64,000 nucleotides of DNA, from positions 11,588 through 75,587 of the forward strand of contig JADJXL010000022.1 in assembly GCA_016715885.1 (NCBI GenBank). The letters run 5' to 3'. Position 1 is the stretch's first letter. The number at the start of each line of letters is the position of its first letter. Below the pieces are notes generated by a model. It saw nothing but the letters and a program-made list of their open reading frames with translations, ran no database searches and was not told the origin of the DNA. The translations under genes and the position numbers were made by a program. Source of the stretch: Polyangiaceae bacterium (GTDB taxonomy: Bacteria > Myxococcota_A > Polyangia > Polyangiales > Polyangiaceae). This document shows positions 42,176 to 51,733 of this stretch, in pieces.

Positions 42176-44383
42176 GTGGACAGAAGCAACCAAGCGCAAG
42201 CGGTCACTGCGATCAGTGCGACCGAACGCATCCCGGGCGCGACATTTCGCGCTGCGGTGGCGCGGTTTGTCGAGCGAAACCCAGGGACTTCACGCGAAGC
42301 GCTCGCACGCGCTCTGCGGCAGCGGCTAGCGACGCGCGGGATCGACTATCACCTGCGTACACTCAAGCGGCAGATCTCCGGCGCCGTCGCAACCATTCCG
42401 CCGGAAGTGCACTCCACGTTGCGCGACATCATTTCCGAGCTCGTTGGGGGCGATGCCGCTCATGACAATCATGAACGACTTGCGAGCATCGACGACGGTT
42501 TCGACATCGGCGCTGCGGACGTTCTTCCGATCTACATTGCCCGCGAACGAGCTCTCCCGCTCGCAAAGCTCTGGCTCTACCTGCATCCGGATCAGTCGAA
42601 GCGCGCGCTGGCGTTGCGTTTGCGCAGCGAGCTCGAACGTATGGGCATCCGCCTGAACATCGATTCGTTGCAAAGCATCCTCGCGGGCAAACAGCAGCTC
42701 GTGCGGCGCGAGATCAAAGACGTGCTGCTCGGGATGTTGCAGGCCGACGGCATCGAGAATGCGGAGCAGGCCGAAGCGCGCTGGAACGAATTGTCGAACG
42801 AGATCCACGCTTCGCACGAAGGTCGCTTCTTCGAGAACGCGCGGAAGATCCACGACGTCGCTTGCGCTTGGAAAGTCGTCCACAAAGAACCGTCGTCGCG
42901 CAAGCTTGCATTGCGGCTCAAGGAACGCCTCCGTGAACGCGGGATCGAGATGGGTTTGCCCCACATCCAGAAGCTCGTCGACGGCCGCGCTCGGCGAGTT
43001 CGTCATGGCGTAGCGACGGCCATCGAAGAGATCTTGCAACTCGATATGGAGGCGCAGCCCGCTGCCGTGCCGACACCAGCGGCATTGATTGCCAGCGAGC
43101 TCGACTTGGCGTGGGTGCGGGCCGAGCCGATTGCGGCGATGGCGCAGAAGTACGTGGCGGCCAATCCGGGCACGACGATGCGCAAGCTTTCGATCCAGAT
43201 GTCGCATGTCGTCGAGCGGCTTGGTTATGCGACGAGCCCCAATACGATTCAGCCGATCCTTGGTGGTCACAAGAAAAAGACGCGCGGTTTCGTCTATCGC
43301 GCGATGTTGGAGATTGACGGTCAGTCCATGACGCCTGTGCCGATCGAGCACGTGATTGGGCATGCCGCGCGGCGAGATCGCGAGCGCAAGGCGCAGCCGT
43401 CGGCATCGGATGAAGCGCCTGCATCATCCGATCCTCAGCCACAGCCGGAGCCAATGCCAGCGCCCAAGCCAATGGTTCGGCACGTCGCCGAAGATGCTCC
43501 TGCGCCACAATCCGCCACGCGTTCGACGTTGGCGGCGTATCGCTTCGCCATTTCGCGTTGTCAATCGCTCGACAAGGCAACCGAGCTCGAGCTTGCGTGG
43601 CGTTATCGACGGGACGGCGACATCGCCGCGGCCCATGCGCTCGTCGAAAGCCATTTGCAATTCGTCGTGAAGGTAGCGTCGCAATTCCGAGGGTACGGGA
43701 TGCAGCTCGCGGATCTCGTCGAAGAAGGAAACCTCGGGCTCCTCGAAGCCGTGCGTCGATTCGAACCGTCGCGCAATCTTCGTTTCAAGACGTACGCCAT
43801 TTATTGGATACGTGCGTTCGTCGTGGAACACCTTTTGCGTGAATGGAGCATCGTTGGTGGCGGCAGCGGAGCGCTCGTGTCACGCACATTTTTTCGATTG
43901 CGTCGAGAACGAGCACGACTCGAATCATTGCTCGGCGAACACGACAGCACGATCGACGCGGCCCTTGCCAAACGTTTTCACACGTCCGAGGATGCCATTC
44001 GCACGATGACCCAGCGCGTGGGCAGCCGAGATACGTCGCTCGATGCGTCGCCGGGCGGAGACGGTCCTTCGCTTTTGGATCTGCTTTCGGATCCGATGTC
44101 GGATCCGGAAGTTCAAACGGCAACTGCGCAGCGCAATGCATTCGTGCGCAGCGTGGTGGACGATGCGCTCGAATCATTCGATTCTCGCGAACGGCTCATC
44201 GTTCAAACGCGGCTCTTTGCGGGCGACGATGAAGTGAGCCTCGCCGATTTGGGCAGGCGTCTCGGCGTTTCGCGCGAACGCGTGCGGCAGCTCGAGGAGC
44301 GCACGAAGTCGAAGTTGAAGAGCGCTTTTGAAGCGGTGGCGAACCAATCGCAATATTGCGGTGTCGAAGCCTTGTGTGCTTGA
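42176..44383 (+). CDS. Sigma-70 family RNA polymerase sigma factor (RpoH-like regions 2-4) with an about 450-aa N-terminal extension of four tandem 58-aa repeats
   Basis: AGGAGG lies 5 nt before GTG 42176. The C-terminal 280 aa read LVESHLQFVVKVASQFRGYGMQLADLVEEGNLGLLEAVRRFEP...YAIYWIRA (regions 2.1-2.4), followed by a region 4 HTH. Confidence 0.8.
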   Translation: MDRSNQAQAVTAISATERIPGATFRAAVARFVERNPGTSREALARALRQRLATRGIDYHLRTLKRQISGAVATIPPEVHSTLRDIISELVGGDAAHDNHERLASIDDGFDIGAADVLPIYIARERALPLAKLWLYLHPDQSKRALALRLRSELERMGIRLNIDSLQSILAGKQQLVRREIKDVLLGMLQADGIENAEQAEARWNELSNEIHASHEGRFFENARKIHDVACAWKVVHKEPSSRKLALRLKERLRERGIEMGLPHIQKLVDGRARRVRHGVATAIEEILQLDMEAQPAAVPTPAALIASELDLAWVRAEPIAAMAQKYVAANPGTTMRKLSIQMSHVVERLGYATSPNTIQPILGGHKKKTRGFVYRAMLEIDGQSMTPVPIEHVIGHAARRDRERKAQPSASDEAPASSDPQPQPEPMPAPKPMVRHVAEDAPAPQSATRSTLAAYRFAISRCQSLDKATELELAWRYRRDGDIAAAHALVESHLQFVVKVASQFRGYGMQLADLVEEGNLGLLEAVRRFEPSRNLRFKTYAIYWIRAFVVEHLLREWSIVGGGSGALVSRTFFRLRRERARLESLLGEHDSTIDAALAKRFHTSEDAIRTMTQRVGSRDTSLDASPGGDGPSLLDLLSDPMSDPEVQTATAQRNAFVRSVVDDALESFDSRERLIVQTRLFAGDDEVSLADLGRRLGVSRERVRQLEERTKSKLKSAFEAVANQSQYCGVEALCA

Positions 44384-44419
44384 CATTCCTCGAATCGTTG
44401 CCGCTTTTCCAATTCAAAA

Positions 44420-45091
44420 CTACTTCTTTTCCGGTGGCGGGTTCGGCGGGTAAAACGATTGCGTACGAAACGCAAGCTTCCTGTCCGCGTCGCTGATGCG
44501 CGTCACGAAAAGGCCCACGAACGATCCGAACAGCGAATCACCTTTGCTCACCGAAGCCGTTCCATTCGGACGCGTCACCCACTTTTTGATCCTGTCGAGC
44601 GTCTCTTGACTGATCGGATTGACCTCCACGAGCGCGGCCACGAAAAACCGCGCACTGCTCGCCAATTCAGCACGCTCGACGAGGCGCAATTTCTTTGCTT
44701 CCGCACATTGCCGCAGCACGCCCTCCTGATTGACGGCAACCGAATTCGTTTGCCCACCAGGTTGGGTGATTTGTAGTCGATAAACTTCGTCCCACAAATC
44801 ATATACGATCTTGCATGATTTCGCCGTAAGGGCGATGGGATCGCCGCCGTTGTCACGAAATAGCCACGCTCGCAGGACAATCACCGTCGGCAATCCACTC
44901 GCGAGCTTTTTCGATATTTCCGCGTCCACCACATCCCGAAATGCGACGCTCAAAAGGACGTGTTTCCCCTCGAGCGCTACTTCGGCATGACGACTCGGTA
45001 GCGCCGCCGGCGTCTTCGGAGGCTCCGCCCAAAGCGGCTTGGACCAAGCCAATAACAAAGCCAGCGTCACGACCGCCCGCCTCGCTTTCAC
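44420..45091 (-). CDS. Secreted/periplasmic hypothetical protein
   Basis: Signal peptide MKARRAVVTLALLLAWSKPLWA. Its start overlaps the stop of the upstream Omp85 gene by 4 nt (ATGA). Confidence 0.55.
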   Translation of the reverse strand: MKARRAVVTLALLLAWSKPLWAEPPKTPAALPSRHAEVALEGKHVLLSVAFRDVVDAEISKKLASGLPTVIVLRAWLFRDNGGDPIALTAKSCKIVYDLWDEVYRLQITQPGGQTNSVAVNQEGVLRQCAEAKKLRLVERAELASSARFFVAALVEVNPISQETLDRIKKWVTRPNGTASVSKGDSLFGSFVGLFVTRISDADRKLAFRTQSFYPPNPPPEKK

Positions 45092-46617
45092 TTGCGCTCT
45101 CCATTGCGCGACGCAATCAGTCCAATCAAATTGGAGAAGGCGAGCGTTATGCCGCCGAGCTTCGTATCGATACGTAATCCCAAATTTCCCGTCAAATCGA
45201 TCGGAACCCGGCGAAACCCTTCGTAACCCGGCGGAGGATCCGTGAATTCACGCCGAGTCGCCACGGAATACACGCCGAGCGACCCGAACATATCCACACC
45301 GTACACGGATTCACGACCCACGTAGAGCGGAATTCGATATTCGGCTTCGAGCTTTGCGGCAAAATCGCCATAACGTACTTCAATGATGTCCGTATTCAAA
45401 AAATTGGGCGGCTGCCTTCTATCCGGTGCGAGATCGAGCAGGCGATCGGGCAAAAGATCCGTGAAATCGCCGACGTAAAACCTGCGAAAAAATGGTGCAT
45501 CTCCCGCAATGACTCCAGCAAACGCTCCAAGGCGGAGCACGTGTTTTCGCGGCAATGGAAACCAGCGGCGAAAGCTCGCTTCGAAGCTTTGATAAGCATA
45601 ATCGCTTCCGGGCAGCGTCAACGTGACGCCAGCTTGCGCAAACGTCCCTCGGGCCGTCAAAAAAGGTGCGTCGCGCGTGTCGTACGTGAGCGCTGCGCGA
45701 AGCTCCGAGAGCACGCTCCTGCCCGGCAGAATCGAAAACAATATGGGCTCGCGCGCATCTCCGCGCATGTGCGAGGCCGCGACGGGTACCGTCGCATTGA
45801 CTTGCTCGAAATGGTATGCGAGCGAAAATGCCGAAGCGATTCCGAGGTCATGACCCGTGCCCACCGTGGCGCCAAAGCGACGATAAGCAACGACGGCATA
45901 ATCCGTCACCTCGCGCTGCGGAATCTGCGGCGCCTCGAACGTGACATCCCGATTACCGAAAAAGTCGCGCCCATCGTTGTAAAAGAGCGTGGCCGCCGCC
46001 GACCAGCCCGTTCCCACGAAGGATGGATCCACGAAGCGCGTCTGCAATGCATATTGATCCGCAGCAATGGCAATACCCGCGCCGAGCGTGATTCCCGTAC
46101 CCGCCAAATTCGTCTCGGCCACTTGTAGACCCAAAAACGCCGAAAGCGGTCGAGCATTGCCAGCGGTATCTTCATCCGCCGCGACGCCGGCAGAGAGATT
46201 CTCCACGATGAGCGTGTTGCGTTCGACGACTTCTATGACGAGCACCGCCGCGCCACGTCGCGAACCTTTGCGAAGGCCCATGTCGACGGTCGAGAAAAAC
46301 CCCGTGCCCAAAAGCCGATATCGGGTCAGCTCCAATTCGGGATCGGCGACGTCGAGCAAATCCCCTGCGCGAAACTTGACGTAGCGCAAAATGACGCGAC
46401 CCGCGGTGCGCACGTTTCCCCGCAGCTCGATGCCTTCGAGCACGTATCGAATATGCTGCCGATCTTGCGTGCCCGTCGCCGCGGTCGTGGAATCACGCGC
46501 CTCCGGCAACCGAGGTGCTTTCGCGTCCTCGCTGCGCGCGGGAGCCGTGATGGCCACGAGTGCCAAAAGCGGCGCGAAAAAGCGAGCGATCTCGACGCCG
46601 TCAAACACACACTTCAT
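45088..46617 (-). CDS. Omp85 (BamA/TamA-like) outer-membrane protein, POTRA + 16-strand barrel
   Basis: Signal peptide; POTRA-like IRYVLEGIELRGNVRT...RAGDLLD; C-terminal barrel with alternating aromatic strands, ending ...GLRIDTKLGGITLAFSNLIGLIASRNGERK. Confidence 0.7.
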   Translation of the reverse strand: MKCVFDGVEIARFFAPLLALVAITAPARSEDAKAPRLPEARDSTTAATGTQDRQHIRYVLEGIELRGNVRTAGRVILRYVKFRAGDLLDVADPELELTRYRLLGTGFFSTVDMGLRKGSRRGAAVLVIEVVERNTLIVENLSAGVAADEDTAGNARPLSAFLGLQVAETNLAGTGITLGAGIAIAADQYALQTRFVDPSFVGTGWSAAATLFYNDGRDFFGNRDVTFEAPQIPQREVTDYAVVAYRRFGATVGTGHDLGIASAFSLAYHFEQVNATVPVAASHMRGDAREPILFSILPGRSVLSELRAALTYDTRDAPFLTARGTFAQAGVTLTLPGSDYAYQSFEASFRRWFPLPRKHVLRLGAFAGVIAGDAPFFRRFYVGDFTDLLPDRLLDLAPDRRQPPNFLNTDIIEVRYGDFAAKLEAEYRIPLYVGRESVYGVDMFGSLGVYSVATRREFTDPPPGYEGFRRVPIDLTGNLGLRIDTKLGGITLAFSNLIGLIASRNGERK

Positions 46618-46641
46618 CGCCTGAACATGCCGGCAGCGCCC

Positions 46642-48558
46642 TCAGTTTGCCTTCGGAATGTATTGCGGAATGACGAAATATACGAGCTTGATGCCGTTTT
46701 TCCCGCCAAGCACTTGGCCTGCCGGCGTTTCGACGCGAATGAGCGCGCGCATCACGAGCAGTGACGGGGGTTTGACCGTGGTGTTTTCCGCATGCACGCG
46801 GAACGTGACGGGCGCGTTTCCACGCAACCCGAAGAACGTGGACTCCGAGCGACTCGAATAAGGAAGCGGCATGCCCGCGCTTTCCACCGTTGCAATCTTC
46901 GTAATCAGCGTGCTCGCATCGAAAGGACCCACGTCGACCACCGGGTTTTCGTACGCCGCGTCGGGCATTCCATCGCCCGTACAATCGACGTCGCCTGCAC
47001 AAGAATAATTCGTGCGTGACGTCGTCACGTCCTGCAAACCTGCACCCGCCAAACGCCCGAGCAATCGAACGACTTCCTTCGATACATTGCCAGCTCCTAC
47101 GTCGGCCGTTGGAACGAGCGGATTGATTTTCCCGCCAAACTGCGGATCGTACCACGTGCTGTCGGTCTTGATTGCAAGGTCGGTGAGATCGAGCCGTGCG
47201 GCATTGGGATTGTTTCCCGAAACTGGCACACCAACGACCTTGGCATGGATGCTCTTCAGCGCATTGACCGTATCGAGATACGATTTGACCGTGCCGCCGA
47301 CTTTGGTCGGATCGTAGTTGTAATTCGAGTTCGACCCATTGTGGAATGCGGCGTCGGTGATCATCACGAAAATGGGCAATCCGCCCGGACGGAAACACGG
47401 AATGCCAATGCCTCCAGGGAGCGCGCACGAATAAGGCGTACCCGGATTCCAAATTCCCCCAATCGTCAGCGCAAACGTGTCGTTTTTCGCGGCAAGCCAC
47501 AATGCTTGCGTCGTCGCCTCGGGAGCATCCCCGCCGCCTCCAGCCGTGAGCGCGCCGAGAATCGTCTTCGTTGCCGCGGGCGCCGAATATTTTTGACCGT
47601 CGAAGACCGGAGGCGCCATGTCGCCCTTGACGGTTTGCGCATTGATGTTGAATTGGTACCGATAAAGCTGATCCCCGTTCTCGCCATAAGGCAGCCACGG
47701 GACGTCCCGGAATTCACCGACGCCAATCCACGCATCATCGATTGCCGGAATCGGGGGATTCGCGGCGGGATCGCCATTCAAAATCGTCGGAATGATCTCC
47801 GTGTCGATCGATGCTTTGAGGTTGTCGATCGCCGGCTGCATCGACGCGGTCGTGTCGATCATGAAATAAATGTCCGCTTTCGCGATGCCCGTCGAAAACG
47901 TGAAATCCTTGGTTTGCTCGCCTTCCTGATACGGAAGCACGAAATAAAGTCCCGCATCCGCCGGCACCGACATCTCGCTCGTGGGATCCGAATTCGCTGC
48001 AACTTCGATGACGTCGATCACGCCGTCCTTGTCACAATCGATGGATACCCGACATCCCTTCGTGCCGTCGGGATCGTACGCTGATTCCTGTTTGTCCGGT
48101 ACGCCATCGTTGTCGCTGTCGAGATCCCGTACGTCGGGATCACCATCGCCATCGGTGTCAGCGAGCGGATCACAGGAATCGTCGCGCGCTTGTCCCGGCG
48201 TATCCGGTGGCAAGAAAGGATTCGCCGCTTCGTCTTTGTCGAGTACGCCGTCACCATCGGCGTCGTCATCGAGCGCATCGGGGCTGCCGTCGCCGTTCGT
48301 GTCGTGATCGGGACCTTTCTCGAGCGAGTCCGCAATGAGGTCCTTGTCCTTGTCCGTAGGGTCGGCGCAGGCGTTGCCCGAATCGAAGAAGAGGATGCCG
48401 CCATCACCACCCATTCCGGAACTGGAACCGGACCCGGAAGCGCCGCCGGTGCCAGTCGTCGTCGGTCGATTGATCGTCGAATCGGGTGCGCACGCGGCGA
48501 GCACGACTGCGACAAACGATGCTCCGAGCCCAAAAGAACGAGTGCGGGAGAGCTTCAT
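46642..48558 (-). CDS. Lipoprotein with thrombospondin type-3 Ca-binding repeats (DxDxDGxxD) and a vWA domain
   Basis: Lipobox VVLAACAP; DTDGDGDPDVRDLDSDNDGVPD; vWA MIDAS DIYFMIDTTASM. The start is set at MKLSRTRSF (48558). Confidence 0.7.
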   Translation of the reverse strand: MKLSRTRSFGLGASFVAVVLAACAPDSTINRPTTTGTGGASGSGSSSGMGGDGGILFFDSGNACADPTDKDKDLIADSLEKGPDHDTNGDGSPDALDDDADGDGVLDKDEAANPFLPPDTPGQARDDSCDPLADTDGDGDPDVRDLDSDNDGVPDKQESAYDPDGTKGCRVSIDCDKDGVIDVIEVAANSDPTSEMSVPADAGLYFVLPYQEGEQTKDFTFSTGIAKADIYFMIDTTASMQPAIDNLKASIDTEIIPTILNGDPAANPPIPAIDDAWIGVGEFRDVPWLPYGENGDQLYRYQFNINAQTVKGDMAPPVFDGQKYSAPAATKTILGALTAGGGGDAPEATTQALWLAAKNDTFALTIGGIWNPGTPYSCALPGGIGIPCFRPGGLPIFVMITDAAFHNGSNSNYNYDPTKVGGTVKSYLDTVNALKSIHAKVVGVPVSGNNPNAARLDLTDLAIKTDSTWYDPQFGGKINPLVPTADVGAGNVSKEVVRLLGRLAGAGLQDVTTSRTNYSCAGDVDCTGDGMPDAAYENPVVDVGPFDASTLITKIATVESAGMPLPYSSRSESTFFGLRGNAPVTFRVHAENTTVKPPSLLVMRALIRVETPAGQVLGGKNGIKLVYFVIPQYIPKAN

Positions 48559-48647
48559 GGTGAACCTCTGCGCTCTGCCGAAAAAGCAAGCGTCGACTCG
48601 TGAGCGTATCACGATGAACCGGCCGTTTTCGCGGGTCGAATGGGCCT

Positions 48648-49316
48648 TCAGCGTGCTTTGTCGCGCTGGGCTTTCTCGACGATGCCGCTCGTTCCAGCGC
48701 GCGCAGCGAGCACCGCGAGGACATCGCGCACAGGCACGTTGCGCGACGCGAGGCCTACGAGCAGGTGGTAGACCACGTCTGCTGCTTCCGCTGCGACGCG
48801 ATCGTAGGGCTCGTTTGCGATTGCTCGCGCAAGCTCGTCCGCCTCTTCACGAAGCTTGTCGCCAATCTTCGCAGCTCCACCATCGAGCAGCGATCGCGTG
48901 TAACTCTTCTGCGCAGTCGATGCTTTGCGCGACGCGATCTCGCGTTCGAGCAGCTCGAGAAACGCTGCGGCATCCGTGCCCGTATCTTCCGCAGTCCCGT
49001 CGGTTCGTACGCGCCGAAAGAAACACGATGGTTGCCCCGTGTGACAGGTGGGCCCTTTGGGATCGACGAGGAAAAGGAGCGCGTCGGCGTCACAGTCTGC
49101 GACGATCTCGTGGACATGCAGCGCGTTGCCGCTCGTCGCTCCCTTTTCCCAAAGCTCCTGACGTGATCGACTGAAGAACGTTGCGCGTCCTGTTTCGATG
49201 GTACGCGCGAGCGATTCCCGGCTGACGTACGCGACCATGCGCACTTGGCCGGTGAGGCGATCTTGCACGACGGCGGGGACGAGCTCCGATGCTGCCCAGC
49301 CGATTTGCACGATCAA
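48648..49316 (-). CDS. hisIE: Bifunctional phosphoribosyl-AMP cyclohydrolase / phosphoribosyl-ATP pyrophosphatase
   Basis: HisI Cys/His motif C..DALLFLVD..GP.CHTG; HisE EEADELARA...AEAADVVYHLLV. Confidence 0.85.
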   Translation of the reverse strand: MIVQIGWAASELVPAVVQDRLTGQVRMVAYVSRESLARTIETGRATFFSRSRQELWEKGATSGNALHVHEIVADCDADALLFLVDPKGPTCHTGQPSCFFRRVRTDGTAEDTGTDAAAFLELLEREIASRKASTAQKSYTRSLLDGGAAKIGDKLREEADELARAIANEPYDRVAAEAADVVYHLLVGLASRNVPVRDVLAVLAARAGTSGIVEKAQRDKAR

Positions 49317-50845
49317 CTCTCCTCGGCCTCGGGTGGATTGCTCGTGCGCTCTTCGGTGCTCTTTTTCTTCTTGGGCGCGGCTTCGGCGGTTTCACCCGTT
49401 TGAGCACCAACGTCTTTCGACTCGGCAGGCTTGCGTGTCTTCTTCTTTTTCTTGCGCGGGGCCGCTTCGCTGTCGTCGGCCGCTTTCTTTTTGGGCTTCG
49501 CCTCGCTGGCGTCGTCATCGTCTTCGTCCGCGACCTTGCTGACGACTGCCGCTTCTGCAACTGCTGCTTCACCAGCTAGCAGCGATGGCGGCAAGACGAT
49601 GGCCATTGCTGCCGCGGGATGAGCGAGGGCGGCTTGGTAATAAACGGAGAATGCCATGCACGCGGCGACGCCCGTCGAGAGAGCGACGGCTTGCGACGTC
49701 GAGAGCTGCACCGTGACCGATGTGCCGAACGACTCTGGTTTGAGTGCAAAGAAAACGACGATCGCGGGGATGAACCCGAGGACGCGTGTGACGCTGCGGA
49801 TCGTCGGGTTTTCGATCATCTTCGACGGGCCGATGATGTAGCCGATCGCGAAGAGGATGAAGGACAGAGGCATCAGGACGTGCTCGGGAAGCGAAGGCGG
49901 AATCCACCCTCGTTCGTCGTCTGCACGCAGCATTTCGAGGCTGAAGCGGCAGATGCCGTAGGCGAACGTGAAGATCAAAAAGATTTGACCTCGAAACTTT
50001 TGGTAGCGACGCGAGATGAGCAGCAGCGCAAGCAAACTTGCGCCTACGAGTGACTCGTAGAGTTGTGTGGGATGCACGGGCAACGATGCCGTCGCGTCGT
50101 CGGAGATGAGGTGCTTCTTCAGGTGCTGCAGCCACGCGGGAGAACCCGAGGGGCCGCCACCGGAAGCGTCGATGAGGCCCGTGTCCCAACGGGGAAACGT
50201 GCCGAGTTTTTGCAGGAACGCGGGAGCGTCTTTCGGCAATTGATGCCCGAAGTCGCAACCGAATAGGTAACAACCGATGCGCGTGATCATCAGGCCCGAT
50301 GCGAGGCTCGGGACGGCCACGTCGGCCCAGGGCAAAAGCGGGAGGTTGTATCGTCGCAGGTAAAAGAGCGATCCGAGGAACCCACCGATGAACCCGCCAT
50401 ACGCGACGAGTCCGCCCTTGCGCACGTCCATCATGGCCGGAAGCGAGTCGAATTCGTCGAGGTTCGTCAGGATGTACAAAATGCGGCTACCGGCGACGGC
50501 AGCGACGGCGGTGACGACATAGTTGTTTGCCATCACTTCCTTGGGCAAACCATCTCGTTCCGCGAGCCCCAGCGTCAGATACCATCCGACGACGAGCGAC
50601 AAACCGAGCATCACGCCGTAGCTGTAGATGGGCAGTGGGCCTATCGCGAACGTCTTGCCTTGCATCTTGAAGGCATAAGCGGCGAGAGCGAGGGCGGCGA
50701 CGCCGGCAATGATCGCGCCCCCCTTGCTTTGCGCGCGGAATTGAAAAAAGGCGACGACGAGTGCAATGGCCGCAGCGACGAGCAGAAGCCACATGAGGGG
50801 GACGTCTGCGTGCGGAATCGGAATGCGAAACAGGATGGGATGCAC
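49313..50845 (-). CDS. lgt: Prolipoprotein diacylglyceryl transferase with an about 200-aa C-terminal TM + Lys/Glu/Ala-rich tail
   Basis: The N-terminal 300 aa match Lgt (TRIGCYLFGCDFG, HPTQLYES). The gene stop overlaps the hisIE start (ATGA). Confidence 0.75.
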   Translation of the reverse strand: MHPILFRIPIPHADVPLMWLLLVAAAIALVVAFFQFRAQSKGGAIIAGVAALALAAYAFKMQGKTFAIGPLPIYSYGVMLGLSLVVGWYLTLGLAERDGLPKEVMANNYVVTAVAAVAGSRILYILTNLDEFDSLPAMMDVRKGGLVAYGGFIGGFLGSLFYLRRYNLPLLPWADVAVPSLASGLMITRIGCYLFGCDFGHQLPKDAPAFLQKLGTFPRWDTGLIDASGGGPSGSPAWLQHLKKHLISDDATASLPVHPTQLYESLVGASLLALLLISRRYQKFRGQIFLIFTFAYGICRFSLEMLRADDERGWIPPSLPEHVLMPLSFILFAIGYIIGPSKMIENPTIRSVTRVLGFIPAIVVFFALKPESFGTSVTVQLSTSQAVALSTGVAACMAFSVYYQAALAHPAAAMAIVLPPSLLAGEAAVAEAAVVSKVADEDDDDASEAKPKKKAADDSEAAPRKKKKKTRKPAESKDVGAQTGETAEAAPKKKKSTEERTSNPPEAEES

Positions 50846-50973
50846 GGGCTCTCCTTACGCTCGCCGCAAGTGCCGGGCAAGCGCGCTGTCTCAATTGCGG
50901 CGGTTGCCCGCTACCGGGGACGACTCGATAGCCGGATCTTTGGTTCAGCGCCCAGCACTGCTACGATGCGCCC

Positions 50974-51729
50974 GTGCCTGCACGAGCCATCGTTCCAAGT
51001 GCATTTTTCCTCGTGATGCTCGTGTCTTGCGTGCCCGAAGGGCCACCTACGGGAGACCCGTTGGGCTCGACGGTTCGTCCGCCCGCGACGCTTCCTGCTC
51101 GCAAAGCCGCGGATTCGGCGCACGTCGCGCCAACAGGCCCGATGATTACGGCGCCCTACGAAGACTCGTTCGATCGCGCAGAGCTCGGTGACGACTGGAA
51201 CGCACTCGCTCCGAAATGGCGCATCGACAATGGACGTCTCTGCGGACAAGGCGCGAGAAACAAGGGAATTTGGTTAAAGCGTAGAATTCCCACGAATGCG
51301 CGTATCGAGTTCGACGCGATTGCCGAAAGCGCCGTGGGGGACATCAAGGTCGAGGCGTGGGGCGACGGTCGGAGCGGCGCGACGAGTACGTCCTACACGA
51401 ACGCGACGAGTTACATCGCCATTTTCGGCGGCTGGAAGAACTCCAAACACGTTCTCGCCCGAATCGACGAACACGGAAACGACAGGCTCGAGATCGACAT
51501 CGATCCCCAGAGCGATGACGAACGCGAAAGAGCCGTATCTTCGGGGCAGAGTTACCGTTTTCGTATCGAACGTGCGGACGGCCGCACGGTCAGTTGGTCG
51601 ATCAACGGCACGGTCTACTTCAACTTCGCTGACGACGATCCGCTTACCGGGCCGGGTCACGAGCATTTCGGGTTCAACGATTGGGAAGCCCCGGTCTGCT
51701 TCGACAACCTCCGGATTACGCCGCTTTGA
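50974..51729 (+). CDS. Lipoprotein with a LamG/concanavalin-like jellyroll (DUF1080-like) domain
   Basis: Lipobox LVMLVSC; beta-rich 200 aa with W..DNG.L motifs. Confidence 0.5.
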   Translation: MPARAIVPSAFFLVMLVSCVPEGPPTGDPLGSTVRPPATLPARKAADSAHVAPTGPMITAPYEDSFDRAELGDDWNALAPKWRIDNGRLCGQGARNKGIWLKRRIPTNARIEFDAIAESAVGDIKVEAWGDGRSGATSTSYTNATSYIAIFGGWKNSKHVLARIDEHGNDRLEIDIDPQSDDERERAVSSGQSYRFRIERADGRTVSWSINGTVYFNFADDDPLTGPGHEHFGFNDWEAPVCFDNLRITPL

Positions 51730-51733
51730 ACGC

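Noticed and set aside
51296-51733. Upstream part of the 690-aa ORF (51296..53368)
   Set aside because: It overlaps the well-supported lipoprotein gene 50974..51729 out of frame and has Arg/Thr-rich junk composition. The real start is ATG 51734.
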